Shown here: positions 23,401 to 38,400 of the stretch, in pieces | How the letters are laid out: each line of letters opens with the position of its first letter | Position numbering within the stretch: position 1 is the stretch's first letter | NCBI GenBank assembly: GCA_032718475.1 | Contig: JAUCBJ010006528.1 | Location: 85,661-149,660, forward strand | DNA length: 64,000 bases | Source: Nemertoderma westbladi | Lineage: Eukaryota; Animalia; Xenacoelomorpha | Reading direction: 5' to 3' | The notes under the pieces: generated by a model | The model's database searches: none | Told to the model about the DNA's origin: nothing | Seen by the model: only the letters and a program-made list of their open reading frames with translations | Position numbers and translations under genes: made by a program

Positions 23401-26400
23401 GAACAGGCTGCTTCTATAGTTGTACTAGTGGGGAGCCCAACGGCCCATCAGTTCATTAGAACAGGCTGCTTCTAGAGTTGTACTAGCGGGGAGCCCAACG
23501 GCCCCTCAGTTCATTAGAATAGGCTGCTTCTAGAGTTGTACTAGCGGGGAGCCCAACAGCCCCTCAGTTCATTAGAACAGGCTGCTTCTTGAGTTGTACT
23601 AGCGGTGAGCCCAACGGTCCCTCAGTTCATTAGAACAGGCTGCTTCTAGAGTTGTACTAGCTGGGAGCCCAACGGCCCCTCAGTTCATTAGAACAGGCTG
23701 CTTCTAGAGTTGTACTAGCGGGGAGCCCAACGGCCCCTCCTCAGTTCATTTGAACAGGCTGCTTCTAGAGTTGTACTAGCAGTGAGCCCAACGGCCCCTC
23801 AGTTCATTAGAACAGGCTGCTTCTAGAGTTGTACTAGTGGGGAGCCCAACGGCCCCTCAGTTCATCAGAACAGGCTGCTTCTAGAGTTGTACTAGCGGGG
23901 AGCCCAACGGCCCCTCTGTTCATTAGAACAGGCTGCTTCTAGAGTTGTACTAGCGGGGAGCCCAACAGCCCCTCAGTTCATTAGAACAGGCTGCTTCTAG
24001 AGTTGTACTAGCGGTGAGCGGGGAGCCCAATGGCCCCTCAGTTCATTAGAACAGGCTGCTTCTAGAGTTGTACTAGCGGGGAGCGGGGAGCCAAACGGCC
24101 CCTCAGTACATTAGAACAGGCTGCTTCTAGAGTTGTACTAGCGGGGAGCCCAATGGCCCTTCAGTTCATTAGAACAGGCTGCTTCTAGAGTTGTTCTACC
24201 GGGGAGCCCAACGGCCCCTCAGTTCATTAGAACAGGCTGCTTCTAGAGTTGTACTAGCGGTGAGCGGGGAGCCCAATGGCCCCTCAGTTCATTAGAACAG
24301 GCTGCTTCTAGAGTTGTACTAGCGGTGAGCCCAACGGCCCCTCAGTTCATTAGAACAGGCTGCTTCTAGAGTTGTACTAGCGGGGAGCCCAACGGCCCCC
24401 CAGTTCATTATAACAGGCTGCTTCTAGAGTTGTACTAGTGGTGAGCCCAACGGCCCCTCAGTTCATTAGAACAGGCTGCTTCTAGAGTTGTACTAGCGGG
24501 GAGCCCAACGGCCCCTCAGTTCATTAGAACAGGCTGCTTCTAGAGTTGTACTAGCGGGGAGCCCAATGGCCCCTCCTCAGTTCATTAGAACAGGCTGCTT
24601 CTAGAGTTGTACTAGCGGTGATCGGGGAGCCCAACGGCCCCTCAGATCATTAGAACAGGCTGCTTCTAGAGTTGTACTAGCGGTGAGCGGGGAGCCAAAC
24701 GGCCCCTCAGTTCATTAGAACAGGCTGCTTCTAGAGTTGCACTAGCGGTGAGCACAATGGCCCCTCAGTTCATTAGAACATGCTGCTTCTAGAGTTGTAC
24801 TAGCAGGGAGCGGGGAGCCCAACGGCCCCTAAGTTCATTAGAACAGGCTGCTTCTAGAGTTGTACTAGCGGGGAGCCCAACGGCCCCTCAGTTCATTAGA
24901 ACAGGCTGCTTCTAGAGTTGTACTAGCGGTGAGCGGGGAGCCCAACGGCCCCTCAGTTCATTAGAACAGGCTGCTTCTAGAGTTGTACTAGCGGGGAGCA
25001 GGGAGCCCAATGGCCCCTCTGTTCATTAGAACAGGCTGCTTCTAGAGTTGTACTATCGGTGAGCTGGGAGCCCAACGGCCCCCCAGTTCATTAGAACAGG
25101 CTGCTTCTAGAGTTGTACTAGCGGTGAGCGGGGAGCCCAACGGCCCCTCAGTTCATTAGAACAGGCTGCTTCTAGAGTTGTACTAGCGGTGAGCCCAACG
25201 GTCCCTCAGTTCATTAGAACAGGCTGCTTCTAGAGTTGTACTAGCGGGGAGCCCAACGGCCCCTCAGTTCATTAGAACAGGCTGCTTCTAGAGTTGTACT
25301 AGTGGGGAGCCCAACGGCCCCTCAGTTCATTAGAACAGGCTGCTTCTAGAGTTGTACTAGTGGTGAGTGGTGATCCCAACGGCCCCTCAGTTCATTAGAA
25401 CAGGCTGCTTCTAGAGTTGTACTAGTGGTGAGCGGGGAGCCCAATGGCCGCTCAGTTCATTAGAACAGGCTGATTCTAGAGTTGTACTAGCGGTGATCGG
25501 GGAGCTCAACGGCCCCTCAGTTCATTAGAACAGGCTGATTCTAGAGTTGTACTAGCGGTGAGCCCAACGGCCCCTCAGTTCATTAGAACAGGCTGCTTCT
25601 AGAGTTGTACTAGCGGGGAGCCCAACGGCCCCCCAGTTCATTAGAACAGGCTGCTTCTAGAGTTGTACTAGCGGTGAGCCCAACGGCCCCTCAGTTCATT
25701 AGAACAGGCTGCTTCTAGAGTTGTACTAGCGGGGAGCCCAACGGCCCCTCAGTTCATTAGAACAGGCTGCTTCTAGAGTTGTACCTGCGGGGAGCCCAAT
25801 GGCCCCTCCGCAGTTCATTAGAACAGGCTGCTTCTAGAGTTGTACTAGCGGTGATTGGGGAGCCCAACGGCCCCTCAGTTCATTAGAACAGGCTGCTTCT
25901 AGAGTTGTACTAGCGGTGAGCGGGGAGCCAAACGGCCCCTCAGTTCATTAGAACAGGCTGCTTCTAGAGTTGTACTAGCGGTGAGCCCAACGGCCCCTCA
26001 GTTCATTAGAACAGGCTGCTTCTGGAGTTGTACTAGCAGGGAGCGGGGAGCCCAACGGCCCCTCAGTTCATTAGAACAGGCTGCTTCTAGAGTTGTACTA
26101 GCGGGGAGCCCAACGGCCCCTCAGTTCATTAGAACAGGCTTCTTCTAGAGTTGTACTAGCGGTGAGTGGGGAGCCCAACGGCCCCTCAGTTCATTAGAAC
26201 AGGCTGCTTCTAGAGTTTTACTAGCAGGGAGCGGGGAGCCCAATGGCCCCTCAGTTCATTAGAACAGGCTGCTTCTAGAGTTGTACTAGCGGTGAGCGGG
26301 GAGCCCAACGGCCCCCCAGTTCATTAGAACAGGCTGCTTCTAGAGTTGTACTAGCGGTGAGCGGGGAGCCCAACGGCCCCTCAGTTCATTAGAACAGGCT

Positions 26401-29400
26401 GCTTCTAGAGTTGTACTAGCGGTGAGCCCAACGGTCCCTCAGTGCATTTGAACAGGCTGCTTCTAGGGTTGTACTAAGCGGGGAGCCGAACGTCCCCTCA
26501 GTTCATTAGAACAGGCTGCTTCTAGAGTTGTACTAGCGGGTAGCCCAACGGCCCCTCCTCAGTTCATTAGAACAGGCTGCTTCTAGAGTTGTACTAGCAG
26601 GGAGCCCAACGGCCCCTCAGTTCATTAGAACAGGCTGCTTCTAGAGTTGTACTAGCGGGGAGCCCAACGGCCCCTCAGTTCATTAGAACAGGCTGCTTCT
26701 AGAGTTGTACTAGCGGGGAGCCCAACGGCCCCTCAGTTCATTAGAACAGGCTGCTTCTAGAGTTGTACTAGCGGTGAGCGGGGAGCCCAACGGCCCCTCA
26801 GTTCATTAGAACAGGCTGCTTCTAGAGTTGTACTAGCGGTGATCGGGGAGCCCAACGGCCCCTCAGTTCATTAGAACAGGCTGCTTCTAGAGTTGTACTA
26901 GCGGGGAGCGGGGAGCCCAACGGTCCCTCAGTTCATTAGAACAGGCTGCTTCTAAAGTTGTACTAGCGGAGAGCCCAACGGCCCCTCAGTTCATTAGAAC
27001 AGGCTGCTTCTAGAGTTGTACTAGCGGTGAGCAGGGAGCCCAACGGCCCCTCAGTTCATTAGAACAGGCTGCTTCTAGAGTAGTAATAGCGGTGAGCGGG
27101 GAGCCCAACAGCCGCTCAGTTCATTAGAACAGGCTGCTTCTAGAGTTGTACTAGCGGTGAGCCCAACGGCCCCTCAGTTCATTAGAACAGGCTGCTTTTA
27201 AAGTTGTACTAGCGGGGAGCCCAACGGCCCCTCAGTTCATTAGAACAGGCTGCGTCTAGAGTTGTACTAGCGGTGAGCACAACGGCCCCTCAGTTCATTA
27301 GAACAGGCTGCTTCTAGAGTTGTACTAGCGGGGAGCCCAACGGCCCCTCAGTTCATTAGAACAGGCTGCTTCTAGAGTTGTACTAGCGGGGAGCCCAACG
27401 GCCCCTCCTCAGTTCATTAGAACAGGCTGCTTCTAGAGTTGTACTAGCGGTGATCGGGGAGCCCAACGGCCCCTCAGTTCATTAGAACAGGCTGCTTCTA
27501 GAGTTGTACTAGCGGTGAGCGGTGATCCCAACGGCCTCTCAGTTCATTAGAACAGGCTGCTTCTAGAGTTGTACTAGCGGGGAGCCCAACGGCCCCTCAG
27601 TTCATTAGAACAGGCTGCTTCTAGAGTTGTACTAGCAGGGAGCATGGAGCCCAACGGCCCCTCAGTTCATTAGAACAGGCTGCTTCTAGAGTTGTACTAG
27701 CGGTGAGCGGGGAGCCAAACGGCCCCTCAGTTCATTAGAACAGGCTGCTTCTAGAGTTGTACTAGTGGTGAATGGTGATCCCAACGGCCCCTCAGTTCAT
27801 TAGAACAGGCTACTTCTAGAGTTGTACTAGTGGTGAGCGGGGAGCCCAACGGCCGCTCAGTTCATTAGAACAGGCTGATTCTAGAGTTGTACTAGCGGTG
27901 ATCGGGGAGCTCAACAGCCCCTCAGTTCATTAGAACAGGCTGATTCTAGAGTTGTACTACCGGTGAGCCCAACGGCCCCTCAGTTCATTAGAACAGGCTG
28001 CTTCTAGAGTTGTACTAGTGGGGAGCCCAACGGCCCCCCAGTTCATTAGAACAGGCTGCTTCTAGAGTTGTACTAGCGGTGAGCCCAATGGCCCCTCAGT
28101 TCATTAGAACAGGCTGCTTCTAGAGTTGTTCTAGCGGTGATCGGGGAGCCCAACGGCCCCTCAGTTCATTAGAACAGGCTGCTTCTAGAGTTGTACTAGC
28201 GGGGAGCCCAATGGCCCCTCCTCAGTTCATTAGAACAGGCTGCTTCTAGAGTTGTACTAGCGGTGATCGGGGAGCCCAACGGCCCCTCAGTTCATTAGAA
28301 CAGGCTGCTTCTAGAGTTGTACTAGCGGTGAGCGGGGAGCCAAACGGCCCCTCAGTTCATTAGAACAGGCTGCTTCTAGAGTTGTACTAGCGGTGAGCCC
28401 AATGGCCCCTCAGTTCATTAGAACAGGCTGCTTTTAGAGTTGTACTAGCAGGGAGCGGGGAGCCCAACGGCCCCTCAGTTCATTAGAACAGGCTGCTTCT
28501 AGAGTTGTACTAGCGGGGAGCCCAACGGCCCCTCAGTTCATTAGAACAGGCTGCTTCTAGAGTTGTACTAGCGGTGAGCGGGGAGCCCAACGGCCCCTCA
28601 GTTCATTAGAACAGGCTGCTTCTAGAGTTGTACTAGCGGGGAGCAGGGAACCCAATGGCCCCTCAGTTCATTAGAACAGGCTGGTTCTAGAGTTGTACTA
28701 GCGGTGAGCGGGGAGCCCAACGGCCCCCCAGTTCATTAGAACAGGCTGCTTCTAGAGTTGTATTAGCGGTGAGCGGGGAGCCCAATGGCCCCTCAGTTCA
28801 TTAGAACAGGCTGCTTCTAGAGTTGTACTAGCTGGGAGCCCAACGGCCCCTCAGTTCATTAGAACAGGCTGCTTCTAGAGTTGTACTAGCAGTGAGCCCA
28901 ACGGCCCCTCAGTTCATTAGAACAGGCTGCTTCTAGAGTTGTACTAGCGGTGAGCGGGGAGCCAAACGGCCCCTCAGTTCATTAGAACAGGCTGCTTCTA
29001 GAGTTGTACTAGCGGTGAGCCCAACGGCCCCTCAGTTCATTAGAACAGGCTGCTTCTGGAGTTGTACTAGCAGGGAGCGGGGAGCCCAACGGCCCCTCAG
29101 TTCATTAGAACAGGCTGCTTCTAGAGTTGTACTAGCGGGGAGCCCAACGGCCCCTCAGTTCATTAGAACAGGCTTCTTCTAGAGTTGTACTAGCGGTGAG
29201 TGGGGAGCCCAACGGCCCCTCAGTTCATTAGAACAGGCTGCTTCTAGAGTTGTACTAGCAGGGAGCGGGGAGCCCAACGGCCCCTCCTCAGTTCATTTGA
29301 ACATGCTGCTTCTAGAGTTGTACTAGCAGTGAGCCCAACGGCCCCTCAGTTCATTAGAACAGGCTGCTTCTATAGTTGTACTAGTGGGGAGCCCAACGGC

Positions 29401-32400
29401 CCATCAGTTCATTAGAACAGGCTGCTTCTAGAGTTGTACTAGCGGGGAGCCCAACGGCCCCTCAGTTCATTAGAATAGGCTGCTTCTAGAGTTGTACTAG
29501 CGGGGAGCCCAACAGCCCCTCAGTTCATTAGAACAGGCTGCTTCTTGAGTTGTACTAGCGGTGAGCCCAACGGTCCCTCAGTTCATTAGAACAGGCTGCT
29601 TCTAGAGTTGTACTAGCTGGGAGCCCAACGGCCCCTCAGTTCATTAGAACAGGCTGCTTCTAGAGTTGTACTAGCGGGGAGCCCAACGGCCCCTCCTCAG
29701 TTCATTTGAACAGGCTGCTTCTAGAGTTGTACTAGCAGTGAGCCCAACGGCCCCTCAGTTCATTAGAACAGGCTGCTTCTAGAGTTGTACTAGTGGGGAG
29801 CCCAACGGCCCCTCAGTTCATCAGAACAGGCTGCTTCTAGAGTTGTACTAGCGGGGAGCCCAACGGCCCCTCTGTTCATTAGAACAGGCTGCTTCTAGAG
29901 TTGTACTAGCGGGGAGCCCAACAGCCCCTCAGTTCATTAGAACAGGCTGCTTCTAGAGTTGTACTAGCGGTGAGCGGGGAGCCCAACGGCCCCTCAGTTC
30001 ATTAGAACAGGCTGCTTCTAGAGTTGTACTAGCGGGGAGCGGGGAGCCAAACGGCCCCTCAGTACATTAGAACAGGCTGCTTCTAGAGTTGTACTAGCGG
30101 GGAGCCCAATGGCCCTTCAGTTCATTAGAACAGGCTGCTTCTAGAGTTGTTCTACCGGGGAGCCCAACGGCCCCTCAGTTCATTAGAACAGGCTGCTTCT
30201 AGAGTTGTACTAGCGGTGAGCGGGGAGCCCAATGGCCCCTCAGTTCATTAGAACAGGCTGCTTCTAGAGTTGTACTAGCGGTGAGCCCAACGGCCCCTCA
30301 GTTCATTAGAACAGGCTGCTTCTAGAGTTGTACTAGCGGGGAGCCCAACGGCCCCCCAGTTCATTATAACAGGCTGCTTCTAGAGTTGTACTAGTGGTGA
30401 GCCCAACGGCCCCTCAGTTCATTAGAACAGGCTGCTTCTAGAGTTGTACTAGCGGGGAGCCCAACGGCCCCTCAGTTCATTAGAACAGGCTGCTTCTAGA
30501 GTTGTACTAGCGGGGAGCCCAATGGCCCCTCCTCAGTTCATTAGAACAGGCTGCTTCTAGAGTTGTACTAGCGGTGATCGGGGAGCCCAACGGCCCCTCA
30601 GATCATTAGAACAGGCTGCTTCTAGAGTTGTACTAGCGGTGAGCGGGGAGCCAAACGGCCCCTCAGTTCATTAGAACAGGCTGCTTCTAGAGTTGCACTA
30701 GCGGTGAGCACAATGGCCCCTCAGTTCATTAGAACATGCTGCTTCTAGAGTTGTACTAGCAGGGAGCGGGGAGCCCAACGGCCCCTAAGTTCATTAGAAC
30801 AGGCTGCTTCTAGAGTTGTACTAGCGGGGAGCCCAACGGCCCCTCAGTTCATTAGAACAGGCTGCTTCTAGAGTTGTACTAGCGGTGAGCGGGGAGCCCA
30901 ACGGCCCCTCAGTTCATTAGAACAGGCTGCTTCTAGAGTTGTACTAGCGGGGAGCAGGGAGCCCAATGGCCCCTCTGTTCATTAGAACAGGCTGCTTCTA
31001 GAGTTGTACTATCGGTGAGCTGGGAGCCCAACGGCCCCCCAGTTCATTAGAACAGGCTGCTTCTAGAGTTGTACTAGCGGTGAGCGGGGAGCCCAACGGC
31101 CCCTCAGTTCATTAGAACAGGCTGCTTCTAGAGTTGTACTAGCGGTGAGCCCAACGGTCCCTCAGTTCATTAGAACAGGCTGCTTCTAGAGTTGTACTAG
31201 CGGGGAGCCCAACGGCCCCTCAGTTCATTAGAACAGGCTGCTTCTAGAGTTGTACTAGTGGGGAGCCCAACGGCCCCTCAGTTCATTAGAACAGGCTGCT
31301 TCTAGAGTTGTACTAGTGGTGAGTGGTGATCCCAACGGCCCCTCAGTTCATTAGAACAGGCTGCTTCTAGAGTTGTACTAGTGGTGAGCGGGGAGCCCAA
31401 TGGCCGCTCAGTTCATTAGAACAGGCTGATTCTAGAGTTGTACTAGCGGTGATCGGGGAGCTCAACGGCCCCTCAGTTCATTAGAACAGGCTGATTCTAG
31501 AGTTGTACTAGCGGTGAGCCCAACGGCCCCTCAGTTCATTAGAACAGGCTGCTTCTAGAGTTGTACTAGCGGGGAGCCCAACGGCCCCCCAGTTCATTAG
31601 AACAGGCTGCTTCTAGAGTTGTACTAGCGGTGAGCCCAACGGCCCCTCAGTTCATTAGAACAGGCTGCTTCTAGAGTTGTACTAGCGGGGAGCCCAACGG
31701 CCCCTCAGTTCATTAGAACAGGCTGCTTCTAGAGTTGTACCTGCGGGGAGCCCAATGGCCCCTCCGCAGTTCATTAGAACAGGCTGCTTCTAGAGTTGTA
31801 CTAGCGGTGATTGGGGAGCCCAACGGCCCCTCAGTTCATTAGAACAGGCTGCTTCTAGAGTTGTACTAGCGGTGAGCGGGGAGCCAAACGGCCCCTCAGT
31901 TCATTAGAACAGGCTGCTTCTAGAGTTGTACTAGCGGTGAGCCCAACGGCCCCTCAGTTCATTAGAACAGGCTGCTTCTGGAGTTGTACTAGCAGGGAGC
32001 GGGGAGCCCAACGGCCCCTCAGTTCATTAGAACAGGCTGCTTCTAGAGTTGTACTAGCGGGGAGCCCAACGGCCCCTCAGTTCATTAGAACAGGCTTCTT
32101 CTAGAGTTGTACTAGCGGTGAGTGGGGAGCCCAACGGCCCCTCAGTTCATTAGAACAGGCTGCTTCTAGAGTTTTACTAGCAGGGAGCGGGGAGCCCAAT
32201 GGCCCCTCAGTTCATTAGAACAGGCTGCTTCTAGAGTTGTACTAGCGGTGAGCGGGGAGCCCAACGGCCCCCCAGTTCATTAGAACAGGCTGCTTCTAGA
32301 GTTGTACTAGCGGTGAGCGGGGAGCCCAACGGCCCCTCAGTTCATTAGAACAGGCTGCTTCTAGAGTTGTACTAGCGGTGAGCCCAACGGTCCCTCAGTG

Positions 32401-35400
32401 CATTTGAACAGGCTGCTTCTAGGGTTGTACTAAGCGGGGAGCCCAACGGCCCCTCAGTTCATTAGAACAGGCTGCTTCTAGAGTTGTACTAGCGGGTAGC
32501 CCAACGGCCCCTCCTCAGTTCATTAGAACAGGCTGCTTCTAGAGTTGTACTAGCAGGGAGCCCAACGGCCCCTCAGTTCATTAGAACAGGCTGCTTCTAG
32601 AGTTGTACTAGCGGGGAGCCCAACGGCCCCTCAGTTCATTAGAACAGGCTGCTTCTAGAGTTGTACTAGCGGGGAGCCCAACGGCCCCTCAGTTCATTAG
32701 AACAGGCTGCTTCTAGAGTTGTACTAGCGGTGAGCGGGGAGCCCAACGGCCCCTCAGTTCATTAGAACAGGCTGCTTCTAGAGTTGTACTAGCGGTGATC
32801 GGGGAGCCCAACGGCCCCTCAGTTCATTAGAACAGGCTGCTTCTAGAGTTGTACTAGCGGGGAGCGGGGAGCCCAACGGTCCCTCAGTTCATTAGAACAG
32901 GCTGCTTCTAAAGTTGTACTAGCGGAGAGCCCAACGGCCCCTCAGTTCATTAGAACAGGCTGCTTCTAGAGTTGTACTAGCGGTGAGCAGGGAGCCCAAC
33001 GGCCCCTCAGTTCATTAGAACAGGCTGCTTCTAGAGTAGTAATAGCGGTGAGCGGGGAGCCCAACAGCCGCTCAGTTCATTAGAACAGGCTGCTTCTAGA
33101 GTTGTACTAGCGGTGAGCCCAACGGCCCCTCAGTTCATTAGAACAGGCTGCTTTTAAAGTTGTACTAGCGGGGAGCCCAACGGCCCCTCAGTTCATTAGA
33201 ACAGGCTGTGTCTAGAGTTGTACTAGCGGTGAGCACAACGGCCCCTCAGTTCATTAGAACAGGCTGCTTCTAGAGTTGTACTAGCGGGGAGCCCAACGGC
33301 CCCTCAGTTCATTAGAACAGGCTGCTTCTAGAGTTGTACTAGCGGGGAGCCCAACGGCCCCTCCTCAGTTCATTAGAACAGGCTGCTTCTAGAGTTGTAC
33401 TAGCGGTGATCGGGGAGCCCAACGGCCCCTCAGTTCATTAGAACAGGCTGCTTCTAGAGTTGTACTAGCGGTGAGCGGTGATCCCAACGGCCTCTCAGTT
33501 CATTAGAACAGGCTGCTTCTAGAGTTGTACTAGCGGGGAGCCCAACGGCCCCTCAGTTCATTAGAACAGGCTGCTTCTAGAGTTGTACTAGCAGGGAGCA
33601 TGGAGCCCAACGGCCCCTCAGTTCATTAGAACAGGCTGCTTCTAGAGTTGTACTAGCGGTGAGCGGGGAGCCAAACGGCCCCTCAGTTCATTAGAACAGG
33701 CTGCTTCTAGAGTTGTACTAGTGGTGAATGGTGATCCCAACGGCCCCTCAGTTCATTAGAACAGGCTACTTCTAGAGTTGTACTAGTGGTGAGCGGGGAG
33801 CCCAACGGCCGCTCAGTTCATTAGAACAGGCTGATTCTAGAGTTGTACTAGCGGTGATCGGGGAGCTCAACAGCCCCTCAGTTCATTAGAACAGGCTGAT
33901 TCTAGAGTTGTACTACCGGTGAGCCCAACGGCCCCTCAGTTCATTAGAACAGGCTGCTTCTAGAGTTGTACTAGTGGGGAGCCCAACGGCCCCCCAGTTC
34001 ATTAGAACAGGCTGCTTCTAGAGTTGTACTAGCGGTGAGCCCAATGGCCCCTCAGTTCATTAGAACAGGCTGCTTCTAGAGTTGTTCTAGCGGTGATCGG
34101 GGAGCCCAACGGCCCCTCAGTTCATTAGAACAGGCTGCTTCTAGAGTTGTACTAGCGGGGAGCCCAATGGCCCCTCCTCAGTTCATTAGAACAGGCTGCT
34201 TCTAGAGTTGTACTAGCGGTGATCGGGGAGCCCAACGGCCCCTCAGTTCATTAGAACAGGCTGCTTCTAGAGTTGTACTAGCGGTGAGCGGGGAGCCAAA
34301 CGGCCCCTCAGTTCATTAGAACAGGCTGCTTCTAGAGTTGTACTAGCGGTGAGCCCAATGGCCCCTCAGTTCATTAGAACAGGCTGCTTTTAGAGTTGTA
34401 CTAGCAGGGAGCGGGGAGCCCAACGGCCCCTCAGTTCATTAGAACAGGCTGCTTCTAGAGTTGTACTAGCGGGGAGCCCAACGGCCCCTCAGTTCATTAG
34501 AACAGGCTGCTTCTAGAGTTGTACTAGCGGTGAGCGGGGAGCCCAACGGCCCCTCAGTTCATTAGAACAGGCTGCTTCTAGAGTTGTACTAGCGGGGAGC
34601 AGGGAACCCAATGGCCCCTCAGTTCATTAGAACAGGCTGGTTCTAGAGTTGTACTAGCGGTGAGCGGGGAGCCCAACGGCCCCCCAGTTCATTAGAACAG
34701 GCTGCTTCTAGAGTTGTATTAGCGGTGAGCGGGGAGCCCAATGGCCCCTCAGTTCATTAGAACAGGCTGCTTCTAGAGTTGTACTAGCTGGGAGCCCAAC
34801 GGCCCCTCAGTTCATTAGAACAGGCTGCTTCTAGAGTTGTACTAGCAGTGAGCCCAACGGCCCCTCAGTTCATTAGAACAGGCTGCTTCTATAGTTGTAC
34901 TAGTGGGGAGCCCAACGGCCCATCAGTTCATTAGAACAGGCTGCTTCTAGAGTTGTACTAGCGGGGAGCCCAACGGCCCCTCAGTTCATTAGAACAGGCT
35001 GCTTCTAGAGTTGTACTAGCGGGGAGCCCAACGGCCCCTCCTCAGTTCATTTGAACAGGCTGCTTCTAGAGTTGTACTAGCAGTGAGCCCAACGGCCCCT
35101 CAGTTCATTAGAACAGGCTGCTTCTAGAGTTGTACTAGTGGGGAGCCCAACGGCCCCTCAGTTCATTAGAACAGGCTGCTTCTAGAGTTGTACTAGCGGG
35201 GAGCCCAAACGCCCCTCTGTTCATTAGAACAGGCTGCTTCTAGAGTTGTACTAGCGGTGAGCGGGGAGCCCAACGGCCCCTCAGTTCATTAGAACAGGCT
35301 GCTTCTAGAGTTGTACTAGCGGGGAGCGGGGAGCCAAACGGCCCCTCAGTACATTAGAACAGGCTGCTTCTAGAGTTGTACTAGCGGGGAGCCCAATGGC

Positions 35401-38400
35401 CCTTCAGTTCATTAGAACAGGCTGCTTCTAGAGTTGTTCTACCGGGGAGCCCAACGGCCCCTCAGTTCATTAGAACAGGCTGCTTCTAGAGTTGTACTAG
35501 CGGTGAGCGGGGAGCCCAATGGCCCCTCAGTTCATTAGAACATGCTGCTTCTAGAGTTGTACTAGCGGTGAGCCCAACGGCCCCTCAGTTCATTAGAACA
35601 GGCTGCTTCTAGAGTTGTACTAGCGGGGAGCCCAACGCCCCCCCAGTTCATTATAACAGGCTGCTTCTAGAGTTGTACTAGCGGTGAGCCCAACGGCCCC
35701 TCAGTTCATTAGAACAGGCTGCTTCTAGAGTTGTACTAGCGGGGAGCCCAACGGCCCCTCAGTTCATTAGAACAGGCTGCTTCTAGAGTTGTACTAGCGG
35801 GGAGCCCAATGGCCCCTCCTCAGTTCATTAGAACAGGCTGCTTCTAGAGTTGTACTAGCGGTGATCGGGGAGCCCAACGGCCCCTCAGTTCATTAGAACA
35901 GGCTGCTTCTAGAGTTGTACTAGCAGTGAGCGGGGAGCCAAACGGCCCCTCAGTTCATTAGAACAGGCTGCTTCTAGAGTTGCACTAGCGGTGAGCACAA
36001 TGGCCCCTCAGTTCATTAGAACATGCTGCTTCTAGAGTTGTACTAGCAGGGAGAGGGGAGCCCAACGGCCCCTAAGTTCATTAGAACAGGCTGCTTCTAG
36101 AGTTGTACTAGCGGGGAGCCCAACGGCCCCTCAGTTCATTAGAACAGGCTGCTTCTAGAGTTGTACTAGCGGTGAGCGGGGAGCCCAACGGCCCCTCAGT
36201 TCATTAGAACAGGCTGCTTCTAGAGTTGTACTAGCGGGGAGCAGGGAGCCCAATGGCCCCTCAGTTCATTAGAACAGGCTGCTTCTAGAGTTGTACTAGC
36301 GGTGAGCTGGGAGCCCAACGGCCCCCCAGTTCATTAGAACAGGCTGCTTCTAGAGTTGTACTAGCGGTGAGCGGGGAGCCCAACGGCCCCTCAGTTCATT
36401 AGAACAGGCTGCTTCTAGAGTTGTACTAGCGGTGAGCCCAACGGTCCCTCAGTTCATTAGAACAGGCTGCTTCTAGAGTTGTACTAGCGGGGAGCCCAAC
36501 GGCCCCTCAGTTCATTAGAACAGGCTGCTTCTAGAGTTGTACTAGTGGGGAGCCCAACGGCCCCTCAGTTCATTAGAACAGGCTGCTTCTAGAGTTGTAC
36601 TAGCGGTGAGCGGGGAGCCCAACGGCCCCTCAGTTCATTAGAACAGGCTGCTTCTAGAGTTGTACTAGCGGTGAGCGGGGAGCCAAATGGCCCCTCAGTT
36701 CATTAGAACAGGCTGCTTCTAGAGTTGTACTAGTGGTGAATGGTGATCCCAACGGCCCCTCAGTTCATTAGAACAGGCTGCTTCTAGAGTTATACTAGTG
36801 GTGAGCGGGGAGCCCAACGGCCGCTCAGTTCATTAGAACAGGCTGATTCTAGAGTTGTACTAGCGGTGATCGGGGAGCTCAACAGCCCCTCAGTTCATTA
36901 GAACAGGCTGATTCTAGAGTTGTACTAGCGGTGAGCCCAACGGCCCCTCAGTTCATTAGAACAGGCTGCTTCTAGAGTTGTACTAGTGGGGAGCCCAACG
37001 GCCCCCCAGTTCATTAGAACAGGCTGCTTCTAGAGTTGTACTAGCGGTGAGCCCAACGGCCCCTCAGTTCATTAGAACAGGCTGCTTCTAGAGTTGTACT
37101 AGCGGGGAGCCCAATGGCCCCTCCTCAGTTCATTAGAACAGGCTGCTTCTAGAGTTGTACTAGCGGTGATCGGGGAGCCCAACGGCCCCTCAGTTCATTA
37201 GAACAGGCTGCTTGTAGAGTTGTACTAGCGGTGAGCGGGGAGCCAAACGGCCCCTCAGTTCATTAGAACAGGCTGCTTCTAGAGTTGTACTAGCGGTGAG
37301 CCCAACGGCCCCTCAGTTCATTAGAACAGGCTGCTTTTAGAGTTGTACTAGCAGGGAGCGGGGAGCCCAACGGCCCCTCAGTTCATTAGAACAGGCTGCT
37401 TCTAGAGTTGTACTAGCGGGGAGCCCAACGGCCCCTCAGTTCATTAGAACAGGCTGCTTCTAGAGTTGTACTAGCGGTGAGCGGGGAGCCCAACGGCCCC
37501 TCAGTTCATTAGAACAGGCTGCTTCTAGAGTTGTACTAGCGGGGAGCGGGGAGCCCAATGGCCCCTCAGTTCATTAGAACAGGCTGGTTCTAGAGTTGTA
37601 CTAGCGGTGAGCGGGGAGCCCAACGGCCCCCCAGTTCATTAGAACAGGCTGCTTCTAGAGTTGTACTAGCGGTGAGCGGGGAGCCCAACGGCCCCTCAGT
37701 TCATTAGAACAGGCTGCTTCTAGAGTTGTACTAGCTGGGAGCCCAACGGCCCCTCAGTTCATTAGAACAGGCTGCTTCTAGAGTTGTACTAGCGGGGAGC
37801 CCAACGGCCCCTCCTCAGTTCATTTGAACAGGCTGCTTCTAGAGTTGTACTAGCAGTGAGCCCAACGGCCCCTCAGTTCATTAGAACAGGCTGCTTCTAT
37901 AGTTGTACTAGTGGGGAGCCCAACGGCCCCTCAGTTCATTAGAACAGGCTGCTTCTAGAGTTGTACTAGCGGGGAGCCCAACGGCCCCTCAGTTCATTAG
38001 AACAGGCTGCTTCTAGAGTTGTACTAGCGGGGAGCCCAACAGCCCCTCAGTTCATTAGAACAGGCTGCTTCTTGAGTTGTACTAGCGGTGAGCCCAACGG
38101 TCCCTCAGTTCATTAGAACATGCTGCTTCTAGAGTTGTACTAGCTGGGAGCCCAACGGCCCCTCAGTTCATTAGAACAAGCTGCTTCTAGAGTTGTACTA
38201 GCAGTGAGCACAACGGCCCCTCAGTTCATTAGAACAGGCTGCTTCTAGAGTTGTACTAGTGGGGAGCCCAACGGCCCCTCAATTCATTAGAACAGGCTGC
38301 TTCTAGAGTTGTACTAGCGGGGAGCCCAACGGCCCCTCAGTTCATTAGAACAGGCTGCTTCTAGAGTTGTACTAGCGGGGAGCCCAACAGCCCCTCAGTT

